The notes beneath the pieces are model-generated. The model searched no databases, was not told where the DNA came from, and saw only the letters and a program-made list of their open reading frames with translations. This document shows positions 35,971-44,204 of a stretch of DNA of 44,204 bases, piece by piece. A program made the position numbers and the translations under genes. This DNA is from a virus. Lineage: Duplodnaviria > Caudoviricetes. Location of the stretch: IMG/VR virus record IMGVR_UViG_3300031460_000088, positions 1 through 44,204 of that record; one strand, written 5' to 3'. How positions within the stretch are numbered: position 1 is the stretch's first letter; every line of letters begins with the position of its first letter.

Positions 35971-36602
35971 CCGTAGATTGGCGCGGCGTCCCTGTGGACG
36001 CCCGCACCGCGGCGCAGCTCGACGAGGCGAACCGCCTCATGCCGCACATCCCGTTCTGGCCCGCGCAAGGGTCGTACTCATCGGCGGTCGCCGCGTCCGC
36101 GTCGACCCACTCCGGCGGCGGCGCCGTCGACATCAAGGTCGGCGGCCTGTCCGACGCGGACATCGACACGATCGTGGACGTGATGCGCAGCGTCGGTTTC
36201 GCAGCGTCACGCCGAACCCCGGCGCAGGGGTTCACGCCGCACGTCCACGCCATCTCCGTCGGCTGCTCGGACCTGTCCGGGATCGACAACCCTGTCGTCG
36301 GCACCGCCGCATGGCAGGTTCAGGAATACCTCGCCGGACGTAACGGCCTCGCCGGTCGCGGCGCCGACGACGGCGCCCGCAACCACGTCGGAGTGACGTG
36401 GGAAAGCTACCAAGGAGCGAACGACATGGCTGTTTCACCCAACTTCGAGCCCAACTTCGACGCCCTCAACACCGACCTGCGCGCGTGGTGCAAGGCGATG
36501 GACGCAAAGTTCGACGCCCTCAACAAGGACCTCCGAGCCGACCTGGCCCGCAAGCAGCAGGAGCTCGACGCGATCCAGGCGAAGGTCCTCGGGAAGCCAT
36601 GA
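35967..36602 (+). CDS. Endolysin 2, zinc peptidase (M15-like)
   Basis: QGSY..SASTHSGGGAVD (H-x6-D), PHVH, QVQEYLAGRNGL; same C-terminal tail as endolysin 1. Confidence 0.85.
   Translation: MTVDWRGVPVDARTAAQLDEANRLMPHIPFWPAQGSYSSAVAASASTHSGGGAVDIKVGGLSDADIDTIVDVMRSVGFAASRRTPAQGFTPHVHAISVGCSDLSGIDNPVVGTAAWQVQEYLAGRNGLAGRGADDGARNHVGVTWESYQGANDMAVSPNFEPNFDALNTDLRAWCKAMDAKFDALNKDLRADLARKQQELDAIQAKVLGKP
36423..36596 (+). repeat. 174-bp direct repeat, copy 2
   Basis: Identical to 35794-35967. Confidence 0.95.
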
Positions 36603-36682
36603 GCGTCCTCGAGTGGGTCGGGTTCGCCCTGCTGATGGCTGCCCTGCTCGCCGCCGCGCTGTTCCCAACCGGGCGGCACTGA
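36599..36682 (+). CDS. 27-aa single-TM peptide
   Basis: MSVLEWVGFALLMAALLAAALFPTGRH; overlaps both neighbours. Confidence 0.55.
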   Translation: MSVLEWVGFALLMAALLAAALFPTGRH

Positions 36683-37302
36683 TGTATCCCGCGACTCAGA
36701 CGATTTGGCTGGAGCCGACGGGGACGGTTGAGGTAGGGCTGCGGCGCTACCACTCGCCGGGGGGGGGCGGCTTCGACTGCACGGCGGGCTACCACTCGGC
36801 ACTCGTCATCATCGGCACGACCCTCGACGCTCGGGATGGGCGCGGTTCCCGTACCGCTGTCGAGCCGAGACCTCACGACGACCCTCGCTGGCCTACCACA
36901 TGCGAGAAGGGTTGCGGCTACACCTTCACCGACGAGGACCGCTGGCAGGACTGGTCAGACAGTCTCTACAAGCGTTCGGACAACGGCGAGAGGGTGACGC
37001 TTCGCACCGCGCCCCCGGGCTCGACGTGGGACGCATGGTGGATGCCGGAGTCCTTCCGGGGGTCGGACGGGGTTGCGCTCGTCGTGCGCTGCCCGAACGG
37101 CCGCGACTGGAGCGTTGACGCCGAGTCGTCCAACTGCACACGCAAGGGCGAGACACACGCTTGCTGGGTCCGCCACGGCGACCCGCGAGAGTGCCGCCTG
37201 ACTGTCGACAAGAACGGTGACACCTGCGCCGCAGGGGCAGGTTCCATCCTCGCCGGGGACTACCACGGCTTCCTACAGCACGGCGTCCTGACGGCGGGCT
37301 GA
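36682..37302 (+). CDS. Cys/His/Trp-rich hypothetical protein (C-terminus reminiscent of DUF6527)
   Basis: SNCT..HACWVRHG.P..LTV..C.AGAGSIL..YHGFL.HG.L. Confidence 0.7.
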   Translation: MYPATQTIWLEPTGTVEVGLRRYHSPGGGGFDCTAGYHSALVIIGTTLDARDGRGSRTAVEPRPHDDPRWPTTCEKGCGYTFTDEDRWQDWSDSLYKRSDNGERVTLRTAPPGSTWDAWWMPESFRGSDGVALVVRCPNGRDWSVDAESSNCTRKGETHACWVRHGDPRECRLTVDKNGDTCAAGAGSILAGDYHGFLQHGVLTAG

Positions 37303-37307
37303 TACCC

Positions 37308-37550
37308 GTGATCGTCCAGCGGCCGTCGTGGGTGGTGTGCCTCCACTGCGGCCGTTCCATCCGCACGGTCGCGGAGATCATCACCCACGACGGCGTGTTC
37401 GTCCGCATGGGCCTGCCGTCCAAGCTCGAGCGCCGGTGGGTCGGCCGATGGTCGCGCGGGCACGTCGGCCCGCTCTGGCACACCACGGCGCGTGATCCGA
37501 AATCGTTCTACGCAACCAAACTCGCCCACGAAGGAGTCACCACGCCATGA
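37308..37550 (+). CDS. Small CxxC protein, paralog 1
   Basis: VCLHCGRSI..RRWVGRWSRGHVGPLWH; paralog of 38885-39139. Confidence 0.7.
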   Translation: MIVQRPSWVVCLHCGRSIRTVAEIITHDGVFVRMGLPSKLERRWVGRWSRGHVGPLWHTTARDPKSFYATKLAHEGVTTP

Positions 37551-37903
37551 GCACCACCGCCACTATCGAAGCGAAGGTCATCGCCGCCGCAGCCGGGTCC
37601 GGGCTCGGCGCCGCCGTCGGCACGTTCCTGCTCTGGGCCCTCGGGGCAACCGTGTGGGGTGCCCCCGCTGACGCCGGACACGCTGCCACCGCCGCCGCCG
37701 CCGTGCCCGAGCCGGTCGGCGCGCTGCTCGTCATCGTCGTCGGCATCCTCGGTGCCGCGGTCGCCGGGTACGCCGCGCCGCACACGCCCCGCCCGGACCT
37801 GCACGGTCAGCCCGCGTCGGCAGCCGCGGAGCCCGCTGCAGCGTCGACGGAGTCCGCGGCTGCGGCGGTTCCCGCGCCGCCGGTCACACCCCCGGCGGTC
37901 TGA
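37547..37903 (+). CDS. Holin-like membrane protein
   Basis: IEAKVIAA, two TM helices, GYAAPHTPR; AAGGAG SD. Confidence 0.75.
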   Translation: MSTTATIEAKVIAAAAGSGLGAAVGTFLLWALGATVWGAPADAGHAATAAAAVPEPVGALLVIVVGILGAAVAGYAAPHTPRPDLHGQPASAAAEPAAASTESAAAAVPAPPVTPPAV

Positions 37904-37905
37904 CC

Positions 37906-38385
37906 ATGGCAGACGAGTCTGTAGTCAAGGTCGAGCCGGTATCGGGTCCCACACCGGCGCAGCAGGTCGCCGCCCACTCCGCGGCGCAGGGCCACAAGTA
38001 CCTGATGCACTTCCCAGCCCACCCGGCGAGGAAGGATGATCCGCACTACGTGGACTTCAACGCCTACCACCGCAAGTACTCCAAGACCGCCACGTGCTTC
38101 ATCGGCGACAGGGTCGGAGTCGACCACTGCAGTGACGGACCGCTTGAGTTGCATCACGCACACGTGGAGTTCTCCCTTCAGAACGGGGTCGACCTGAAGG
38201 CGCTGGAGCACGACTACCCAGGGATCTCCGATCCAGAGGCGGTCGGCAAGTGGATCGAGTCGGAGGCGAACTTCCGTTGGCTGTGCGCTTACCATCACCG
38301 CGGCGCGGCTGGCGCACACACCGCCGCACACGCGGATTGGGAGGCGTCACAGTACATCCAAGGCCTCATCGACCCGAAGCCATGA
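37906..38385 (+). CDS. His-rich HNH/His-Me-finger-like protein
   Basis: C..C..LELHH..N...LC..HHRG..G.H. Confidence 0.6.
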   Translation: MADESVVKVEPVSGPTPAQQVAAHSAAQGHKYLMHFPAHPARKDDPHYVDFNAYHRKYSKTATCFIGDRVGVDHCSDGPLELHHAHVEFSLQNGVDLKALEHDYPGISDPEAVGKWIESEANFRWLCAYHHRGAAGAHTAAHADWEASQYIQGLIDPKP

Positions 38386-38855
38386 TGCCTGACCTCGGGG
38401 AGTTCGGCGTCGTTCGCACGAATGGCTGGGCCGGGCTCGGCATCCGCATCATCACGCGTTCGACGGTCAATCACGCGTTCGTCTACGTCGGGGACGGCCT
38501 CATCGTCGAGGCCCAACCCGCCGGCGCCCGACTCGCCCACGCCTCTCTGTACCCCGGCGCGTTGTGGTCGGGGCCTGGCCTCACTGCCGGACGGGGCGAG
38601 GCTATAGCCGCCGCCGCCCGCGCCCTTGTCGGGACGCCGTACTCGTGGGTTGACTGCGCTGCCATCGGACTCACGGACACCCTCGGCTGGCACGTCCCCG
38701 AGGCTGTCCGGCGGCGGCTGAACCGTCGCGACCGGCTGATGTGCAGCCAGTTGGCGGACACCGCCTACGCCTCGGCCGGGGTGGCCCTGTTCGCTGACGG
38801 ACGCGTTCCCGGAGACGTCAGTCCCCAAGATTTGCTAGCGCTGATCCGGCCGTGA
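38382..38855 (+). CDS. Permuted papain-like NlpC/P60 (YiiX/YebB-like) cysteine hydrolase
   Basis: NHAFVYVG..VEA, GTPYSW, MCSQL, SPQDL. Confidence 0.85.
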   Translation: MMPDLGEFGVVRTNGWAGLGIRIITRSTVNHAFVYVGDGLIVEAQPAGARLAHASLYPGALWSGPGLTAGRGEAIAAAARALVGTPYSWVDCAAIGLTDTLGWHVPEAVRRRLNRRDRLMCSQLADTAYASAGVALFADGRVPGDVSPQDLLALIRP

Positions 38856-38884
38856 AGGCCTCACGGCGGGGATGAGGGAAGACC

Positions 38885-39139
38885 GTGATCGTGCAGCATC
38901 CGTCGTGGATAGTGTGCCTCCACTGCGGCCGGTCGATTGCGACGGTCGCAGAACGGATCGTCCACGACGGCGTGCAGATCCAGATCGGTTTGCCGTCGAA
39001 GTTCGAACGCCGCTGGGTCGGGCGGTGGTCCCGCGGGCACGTCGGCCCGCTCTGGCACATCGCCACCGACCCGACCGCGTTCTTCGCGGCCAAGCTCGTC
39101 CACCAAGAAGTCACAACGCCCATGAAGGAGCAACCATGA
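38885..39139 (+). CDS. Small CxxC protein, paralog 2
   Basis: Paralog of 37308-37550. Confidence 0.7.
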   Translation: MIVQHPSWIVCLHCGRSIATVAERIVHDGVQIQIGLPSKFERRWVGRWSRGHVGPLWHIATDPTAFFAAKLVHQEVTTPMKEQP

Positions 39140-39411
39140 CCCTCAAGATCACCCCCGGCACGATCGAGTCGGACGGCCACGTCGTCCTACTCCCCGGCGG
39201 CCTCACGGGCGAGGTCACCACCCAGGACGGCACCACCTACGACCTGGGTCCTGCCTCTCATATCGCCATCGAGGTAGACAGCCACGAGCACGCCAAGGAG
39301 GTGGCGCTTGTCGCCTCCCGGATGGCCCACGACTCCGAGGCGCTGCCCGACATCACCCACGATGAGGCGCAGTCGCTCAGGAACCTCGACCTCACCAAGA
39401 AGAAGGGCTGA
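39136..39411 (+). CDS. Hypothetical protein of the fibre module
   Basis: AAGGAG SD; GEVTTQDGTTYD. Confidence 0.7.
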   Translation: MTLKITPGTIESDGHVVLLPGGLTGEVTTQDGTTYDLGPASHIAIEVDSHEHAKEVALVASRMAHDSEALPDITHDEAQSLRNLDLTKKKG

Positions 39412-39416
39412 CCGCC

Positions 39417-39776
39417 ATGCCGGGTTATTCCGTCACCTACGCGAACCAGGCACTCGATGCGGGCACCGGCGCGTTGCCGGGCACCCCGGTCAACGTGCTC
39501 GCGTTCACCAACCTGAACACTGCCGACCCTGGCACGACCGGTGCGTCCGAGTCGGCTAGCGCCCGGCAGGCGACGAGTTGGAACAACGCGGCGAACCGGC
39601 AGAAGACGAACTCTGCCGCGTTGACGTACGCCCCGGCTGCAGGAGTGGCGAACACGCACTTCTCGACATGGTCGGCCGTCACCGCGGGCACGTTCGGGAT
39701 CAGCGGCGCCCTCAGCAGCAGCGTGACGGCTGCATCGGTTACGGCTGCTGCTGGAGCGTTCGCGCTGAGCGCCTGA
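39417..39776 (+). CDS. Small fibre-associated beta-sandwich subunit
   Basis: L.TADPGTTGASE..ARQ..W..N..THF..W.A.T.G.F pattern of small phage fibre proteins. Confidence 0.7.
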   Translation: MPGYSVTYANQALDAGTGALPGTPVNVLAFTNLNTADPGTTGASESASARQATSWNNAANRQKTNSAALTYAPAAGVANTHFSTWSAVTAGTFGISGALSSSVTAASVTAAAGAFALSA

Positions 39777-39817
39777 GATAACCGGGGGGTTCCAGGTGAA
39801 CCGATAGGGGTGTCTGC

Positions 39818-42241
39818 GTGACGTACCAGTCCACCGTCCTCGCCGACTCCCCCGTCCGGTACTACCACCTGGACGAGACGTCCGGGACGACGTGGGTCGA
39901 CTCCGGCTCTGCTGCCGCGAACGCGACGATTACGGGGTCGCCGACGCTCGGGCAGCCGCCGGCTGGGACGATCAGCGGCAAGTCGGTCACGTTGTCCGGC
40001 GCCCAGAACGGCGAAGCCTCTTCGCTGGCTTTTACGACCTACATCTCGGTGGAGGCGTGGTTCAAGACCACATCGACAGTGGCGAACCCGCTGACGATGT
40101 GTGCGGAGTATGACGGCAACTCCTCGGGCAGCGCGTCTGGTTGGACTCTTCGCCTCGACAGCAGCGCACCCGTCTTCTACGTGTGGAATGGTGCGACCTC
40201 CCCTCCTGCGCTGGCTGGCGCGGTGTCGACTACGCCACGCAATGACGGCTTGTGGCATCACGTGGTCGGGACGTACGACGGCACCACGATTCGCCTCTAC
40301 CTCGACGGCGTGCAGATCGCGTCGGCCGCGCTCGGCGGCGGCAACGGTTACGTCCGGCTCAACGGGGTGACGCCGGTCAAAATCGGCTCGAACGGCGCGT
40401 CCGGTGTCCAGGGCGAGAACTGGATCGGGAGCCTCGATGAAGTAGCGGTCTACGCCGCCGCGCTGACGGCTGCTCGGGTGTCGGCGCACTACACGGCCGG
40501 GACTGCGGTGACGTCGACCCCGGCATCTGGGTCGGCGGCGTTGACCCTGACCGCAGCGGGGTCCATCTCTGGGCGGGTCACTGGCACCGCCTCGCTCGCG
40601 CTCACGGCCACCGGAACCACGTCCTCGGTGGCAGCCACCACCGGCGCGGCCACCCTCGGCCTGACAGCGGCAGGCGCCGCGGGTGCGGCCACCGCCTCGG
40701 CCGCTTCGCTGCGACTGGCCGCGGCAGGCACCACCGCTGCACCCGCCACTGCACCCGCGGCGGTAGCCCTTGTCGCGTCCGGCTCATCGGCGGCCACCCC
40801 CACAAGCTCCGCAGTCGTCGCCCTGTCAGGAGGCGCGGCGGCTGCGGCCAACCTCCCCGCCTCGCCCGCCGCCCTCGCCCTGACGGCCTCCGGGTCGGCG
40901 GGTACGTCCACCGCCGGACCCGCCGCGCTGGCGTTGACCGCTACTGGCGCGGCTGGCACCACGACGACGGCCAGCGCCGCGGTCGCCTTGGCGGCCACCA
41001 GCGCGACTGCTGCATCCGCCACCGCACCGGCCTCGCTGACACTCACCGCCGCAGGCACCGCGGGGTCCGTCGGCGCCGCGACCGGGACGGCCGCGCTGGG
41101 CCTGAACGCCACTGGTGCCGCTGCTGCCCCCGCCACCGCCCCGGCCGCACTCGCCTTGACCGCCAACGGGGCGACCGCAGCCGGCGTCACCTCATCCGCT
41201 GCCGTGACCCTGACCGCTGCCGGGAACGCCCCCCCTTCGGTCACCTCGAGCGCCTCCCTGGTGCTGACCTCGACCGGGGCGACTGTCGCGCCGACCTCGG
41301 CGCCCGCGGCACTGACGCTCACCGCGACCGGAGCGTCTACCGTCCAGCCGTCCGGCGCCGCCGCCCTGGCGCTCACCGCAACCGCGCAGACCAACCCCAC
41401 CGTCGCCGGACCCGCCGCGCTCACGCTGACCGCTGGCGCTGGCGCTACCGCTCAGGCGACCTCGGCGGCCCCGCTCGCCCTAGCCGCGGCAGGCACGTCG
41501 TCTGCTGGCACGACCGCCGCCGCAGCTATGACGCTAGCGGCCAGTAGCACGGCGCAGACCGCCGCAACCGGGACCGCGACGCTTGCGCTCACCGCCGCGG
41601 GGTCGGCCTCCGCTGTCGGAGCGCCCACCGGCGGTGCTGCCCTCACGGTCACCGCCGGCGGCACCACCGGCAGCCTGACCGGTTCGGTGGCCACGCTGGC
41701 GATCACGGCCACCGGGGCGACCGTAGCTGGCGCCACCTCGAGCGCCGCGGTCGCCCTGGCCGCCGCCGCGAGTAGCGGCGCCCCAGCGACCTCGATCGCG
41801 ACCGTCGGGCTCACCGCGACCGGAGCCGCCGCGTCCGTCACCTCCGCCACCGGCACCGCCTCCCTCACCCTGGCCGGCACGGCTCAGGCTGGGGCGCTCG
41901 CCACCAGCAACGCCGCCATCGCCCTCACCGGCAGCGGCACCGCCGGGGTCAACGCCCTCGCCAACGCGCTGCTCACGCTGACCGCCTACGCCATCGCCAC
42001 GGCACGCGCCACGGCCGCCGCGCAGCTCGACCTGACCGCTGCAGGCGCGGCCTACGGCAACCCGACCACCATCATCTACGGCAAGGCCACCGGGCCGCTG
42101 TGGGTCCACACCGTCCGCGGCGCCCTCCGCGCCGCCCAGGCCGGCGGGGGGGTCCGCACCGAGCAGGCCGCCGGGCGGCTGACCGCCCCGGGCACGGGCG
42201 GACCGCTACGCACCTACACGACCCAAGGAGGCCTCCGGTGA
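39818..42241 (+). CDS. LamG/concanavalin-domain fibre protein with about 28 Ala/Thr-rich 18-20 aa repeats
   Basis: VLADSPVRYYHLDE, SVEAWFK, NDGLWHHVVGTYDG..LYLDG, GSLDEVAVY; repeated A.L.LTA.G. Confidence 0.85.
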   Translation: MTYQSTVLADSPVRYYHLDETSGTTWVDSGSAAANATITGSPTLGQPPAGTISGKSVTLSGAQNGEASSLAFTTYISVEAWFKTTSTVANPLTMCAEYDGNSSGSASGWTLRLDSSAPVFYVWNGATSPPALAGAVSTTPRNDGLWHHVVGTYDGTTIRLYLDGVQIASAALGGGNGYVRLNGVTPVKIGSNGASGVQGENWIGSLDEVAVYAAALTAARVSAHYTAGTAVTSTPASGSAALTLTAAGSISGRVTGTASLALTATGTTSSVAATTGAATLGLTAAGAAGAATASAASLRLAAAGTTAAPATAPAAVALVASGSSAATPTSSAVVALSGGAAAAANLPASPAALALTASGSAGTSTAGPAALALTATGAAGTTTTASAAVALAATSATAASATAPASLTLTAAGTAGSVGAATGTAALGLNATGAAAAPATAPAALALTANGATAAGVTSSAAVTLTAAGNAPPSVTSSASLVLTSTGATVAPTSAPAALTLTATGASTVQPSGAAALALTATAQTNPTVAGPAALTLTAGAGATAQATSAAPLALAAAGTSSAGTTAAAAMTLAASSTAQTAATGTATLALTAAGSASAVGAPTGGAALTVTAGGTTGSLTGSVATLAITATGATVAGATSSAAVALAAAASSGAPATSIATVGLTATGAAASVTSATGTASLTLAGTAQAGALATSNAAIALTGSGTAGVNALANALLTLTAYAIATARATAAAQLDLTAAGAAYGNPTTIIYGKATGPLWVHTVRGALRAAQAGGGVRTEQAAGRLTAPGTGGPLRTYTTQGGLR

Positions 42242-42552
42242 GAATCGACGAGGACGCCCGGCTCAACATTTCGTGGGACGCCACCCTCACGTTCGACCCG
42301 ACCGGCAGCACGGTCGTCCTGGCCATCGACGGCACCCCCTACGCGATGGCGTGGCAGGGCACCCCCGTCGCCGCCAGCGGGACGTGGACGCAGACCGCGC
42401 GCACCACCGCCCGATTCTGCGGCTCCCTAGCCACCCCCCTCGCCGGCGACGTGAAACTCGCCGTCGGCCGACGGATGGGTGAGCCGATCGTCACCCTCGC
42501 CGACGGGCAGATCGTGCCCTGCTATCCCGAGATCCCGATCGACGTCTCCTGA
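42238..42552 (+). CDS. Small beta-rich fibre-anchor-like protein
   Basis: AGGAGG SD, GTGA overlap; DPTG..V...W pattern. Confidence 0.65.
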   Translation: MRIDEDARLNISWDATLTFDPTGSTVVLAIDGTPYAMAWQGTPVAASGTWTQTARTTARFCGSLATPLAGDVKLAVGRRMGEPIVTLADGQIVPCYPEIPIDVS

Positions 42553-42570
42553 TCGCCTGACCCCTCTACG

Positions 42571-42617
42571 CCCGCCCGCTCCCAGCCGCCCCTGGCTTGG
42601 TCGAGCGGGCGGGTTTT
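42571..42617 (+). terminator. Intrinsic terminator at end of late operon
   Basis: CCCGCCCGCTC/GAGCGGGCGGG stem followed by TTTT. Confidence 0.75.
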
Positions 42618-42806
42618 CGTCGTGCTGACGCACGGGTGACGGAACTTCCAGCCGAAGTGTGTCACTGAAGGACGTGTTCCCTGAGGGCACACTCTGGCGC
42701 TGGCGAGCGCGGCGAACGGAGCCACGCAGCAGCGAGCGAAGGCCGCCGACCTGCGGATTCTCCCCTAACACGCGCGGAGGCGATCGGGTTCGATTAACAT
42801 CCGCCT

Positions 42807-43901
42807 TCACGGCAGGATGCGTGCGCCGGCCGCTTCGAGCGCTTCACGCCGCTGAGTCACCCGCGAGCGCACATAGTGTGTTGTCGTCGTCGTCACCTGG
42901 GCATGCCCGAGGATGTCCGCGATGACCCGCGGCGAGACTCCCAGCTCGTTGAGCAGCGACGCCGCCGACGCCCGCGCCCCGTGCAACGGAACGTCCTTGA
43001 CCCCCGCGCGAGCGAGCGCGTCCTTCCATATCTGCCAGTCCCGGCGCGAGTCGGTCGGGTGCTCGCCACCGAACACGAACCCAACGCCGCCGACGGCTTG
43101 CCGGTACTCAGCCAGCACCTCAGCCACGGGCGGGATGATTGGAACGTAGCGCGTCGAGGCGTCGGACTTGACCGGCCCCAGGACGAGCCCTACGCCACGC
43201 TGCCGCGTCAACGCCTGGTGGACGTACGCGACGCCCTCCCGTAGGTCCACGTCCTGCCATTGCAGGCCCAGCGCCTCACCCTGCCGCAGACCCATGAGCA
43301 ACGACACCATGAGCCGCGCCCGGTCGGACACGTCGAGCGAGTGCGCGAGGACCGCCCGTGCCTCATCAGGGTCAAGGTAGTCGTGCTTCACCTTCCCCAC
43401 GGGCGGGGCGTCAACGAGCGCGGCGGGGTTGTGGACAATCCGTCCCTCCCGTTCGGCGACGACGAGCGCGCGCCTGAGGATCATGTGCGCCTGTCGTCTT
43501 GTGGCGTCCGACCTCCCGGCTTCGGCCATGACCTTGTGTAGCGCACGGACGTGGTCCGGCTTGAGTGCCGTCAGCTTCCGCTTACCGAGGTGCGGGATGA
43601 GCCAGGTGTCGACATAGCCGCGATATCCCATCAGCGTCCGCGGCCGGACCCGGTGCGGGGCGACCTCCGTGAGCCAGTAGCGGAGCCACTGCTCCACCGT
43701 GGAGTCGTCCGACATGACCCCGGACTCGATCTGGGACTTGAGCGCCTTCAGCTTGGGTCGCAACTCACGCAGCGTGTGCGCCGTGACGGTCCTGCGCAGA
43801 CGCTTCCCGCCGACCCAGCCGAGGTCCACGACCCCGACCCAGCGGCCGTCGCTCTCGCGCTGGTAGATCGACCCCTCGCCCTTCGTGCGCCGTCCCGCCA
43901 T
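42807..43901 (-). CDS. int: Tyrosine integrase
   Basis: GEGSIYQR..GRW arm domain; catalytic R (GLRQGE), K (VKS), HxxR (LHGAR), LGH, Y (THY). Confidence 0.97.
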   Translation of the reverse strand: MAGRRTKGEGSIYQRESDGRWVGVVDLGWVGGKRLRRTVTAHTLRELRPKLKALKSQIESGVMSDDSTVEQWLRYWLTEVAPHRVRPRTLMGYRGYVDTWLIPHLGKRKLTALKPDHVRALHKVMAEAGRSDATRRQAHMILRRALVVAEREGRIVHNPAALVDAPPVGKVKHDYLDPDEARAVLAHSLDVSDRARLMVSLLMGLRQGEALGLQWQDVDLREGVAYVHQALTRQRGVGLVLGPVKSDASTRYVPIIPPVAEVLAEYRQAVGGVGFVFGGEHPTDSRRDWQIWKDALARAGVKDVPLHGARASAASLLNELGVSPRVIADILGHAQVTTTTTHYVRSRVTQRREALEAAGARILP

Positions 43902-43917
43902 TAGACTGCTCCTGTCG

Positions 43918-43968
43918 TGACAGCCAATACGACAGCCTAACCCGTCGTATGTAGCCTACCGACAGCAT
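43918..43968. repeat. Putative integrase arm-type sites
   Basis: GACAGC(C/A) repeated three times between int start and tRNA. Confidence 0.55.
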
Positions 43969-44002
43969 ACGCCCTAAGGCTGTGACCAGCGGGTTTGTGC
44001 TT

Positions 44003-44076
44003 GGGGCAGTAGCTCAGCCGGTCAGAGCAGCGGACTCATAATCCGTCGGTCGTGGGTTCAAGCCCCACCTGCCCCA
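44003..44076 (+). tRNA. tRNA with CAU anticodon (Ile2 or elongator Met); probable att site
   Basis: Full cloverleaf: GGGGCAG/CTGCCCC acceptor, GCTC/GAGC D-stem, GCGGA-CTCATAA-TCCGT, GTGGG-TTCAAGC-CCCAC; CCA not encoded. Confidence 0.95.
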
Positions 44077-44120
44077 CCCTCCTGACGCGAAGATTCCCTC
44101 GTGTTGGGGGTGGTGGTGTC

Positions 44121-44204
44121 TCAGTTGGCGGTGTCGAGGGTGACGGTGTAGCCCATGGCTTCGAGTTGGTGGATGGCGCGGTTCTTGGCGCGGGTGGGGT
44201 TCAG
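44121..44204 (-). CDS. C-terminus of an IS110-family transposase (truncated by window edge)
   Basis: LNPTRAKNRAIHQLEAMGYTVTLDTAN* resembles the C-terminus of actinobacterial IS110 transposases. Confidence 0.7.
   Translation of the reverse strand: MNPTRAKNRAIHQLEAMGYTVTLDTAN

Larger units (their letters stand above)
1..44076. mobile_element. Temperate siphovirus-type prophage (left att junction lies outside the window; right junction at or in the tRNA)
   Basis: Complete syntenic set of immunity, replication, packaging, head, tail, lysis and integrase genes ending at a tRNA gene. Confidence 0.95.

Noticed and set aside
35794-36596. Possible DGR template/variable repeat pair
   Set aside because: Copies are identical with no adenine-specific mismatches, and no reverse transcriptase is present in the window
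42674-42690. 17-bp match GTGTTCCCTGAGGGCAC to 19097-19113 in terL
   Set aside because: Single isolated match with no supporting context; cannot be distinguished from chance

Overview
The window is an essentially complete temperate siphovirus-type prophage (~44 kb) in a high-GC actinobacterial chromosome. From left to right it carries: a leftward immunity module (Ltp-family superinfection-exclusion protein, DUF3263-like protein, ImmA/IrrE metallopeptidase, repressor); a rightward early region (Cro, Xis, a DUF6745 repeat protein with its partner, exonuclease, HNH endonuclease, gp3-like recombination protein, RuvC-like resolvase, DnaB-N/AAA helicase, putative origin); a late promoter/attenuator followed by an accessory cassette; HNH/cos/terminase; an HK97-type head; a non-contractile tail; an extended lysis region; a LamG fibre module; and a tyrosine integrase abutting an intact tRNA(CAU), with the 3' end of an IS110 transposase just beyond. 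The most interesting observations are: (1) two adjacent endolysins (GH25 and zinc peptidase) ending in a nucleotide-identical 174-bp coiled-coil module, each copy with its own internal SD+ATG, suggesting a heteromeric multi-enzyme lysin; (2) an orphan protein resembling the CapRel/toxSAS antitoxin sensor domain, with no toxin, at the head of the late operon next to an HD-domain enzyme, suggesting anti-defence; (3) a protamine-like 24-aa repeat protein with no acidic residues beside the packaging genes; (4) a possible ruler-templated fibre; (5) integration geometry implying the phage supplies the 5' half of the tRNA. All family assignments are from motif recognition by eye; no database searches were run.
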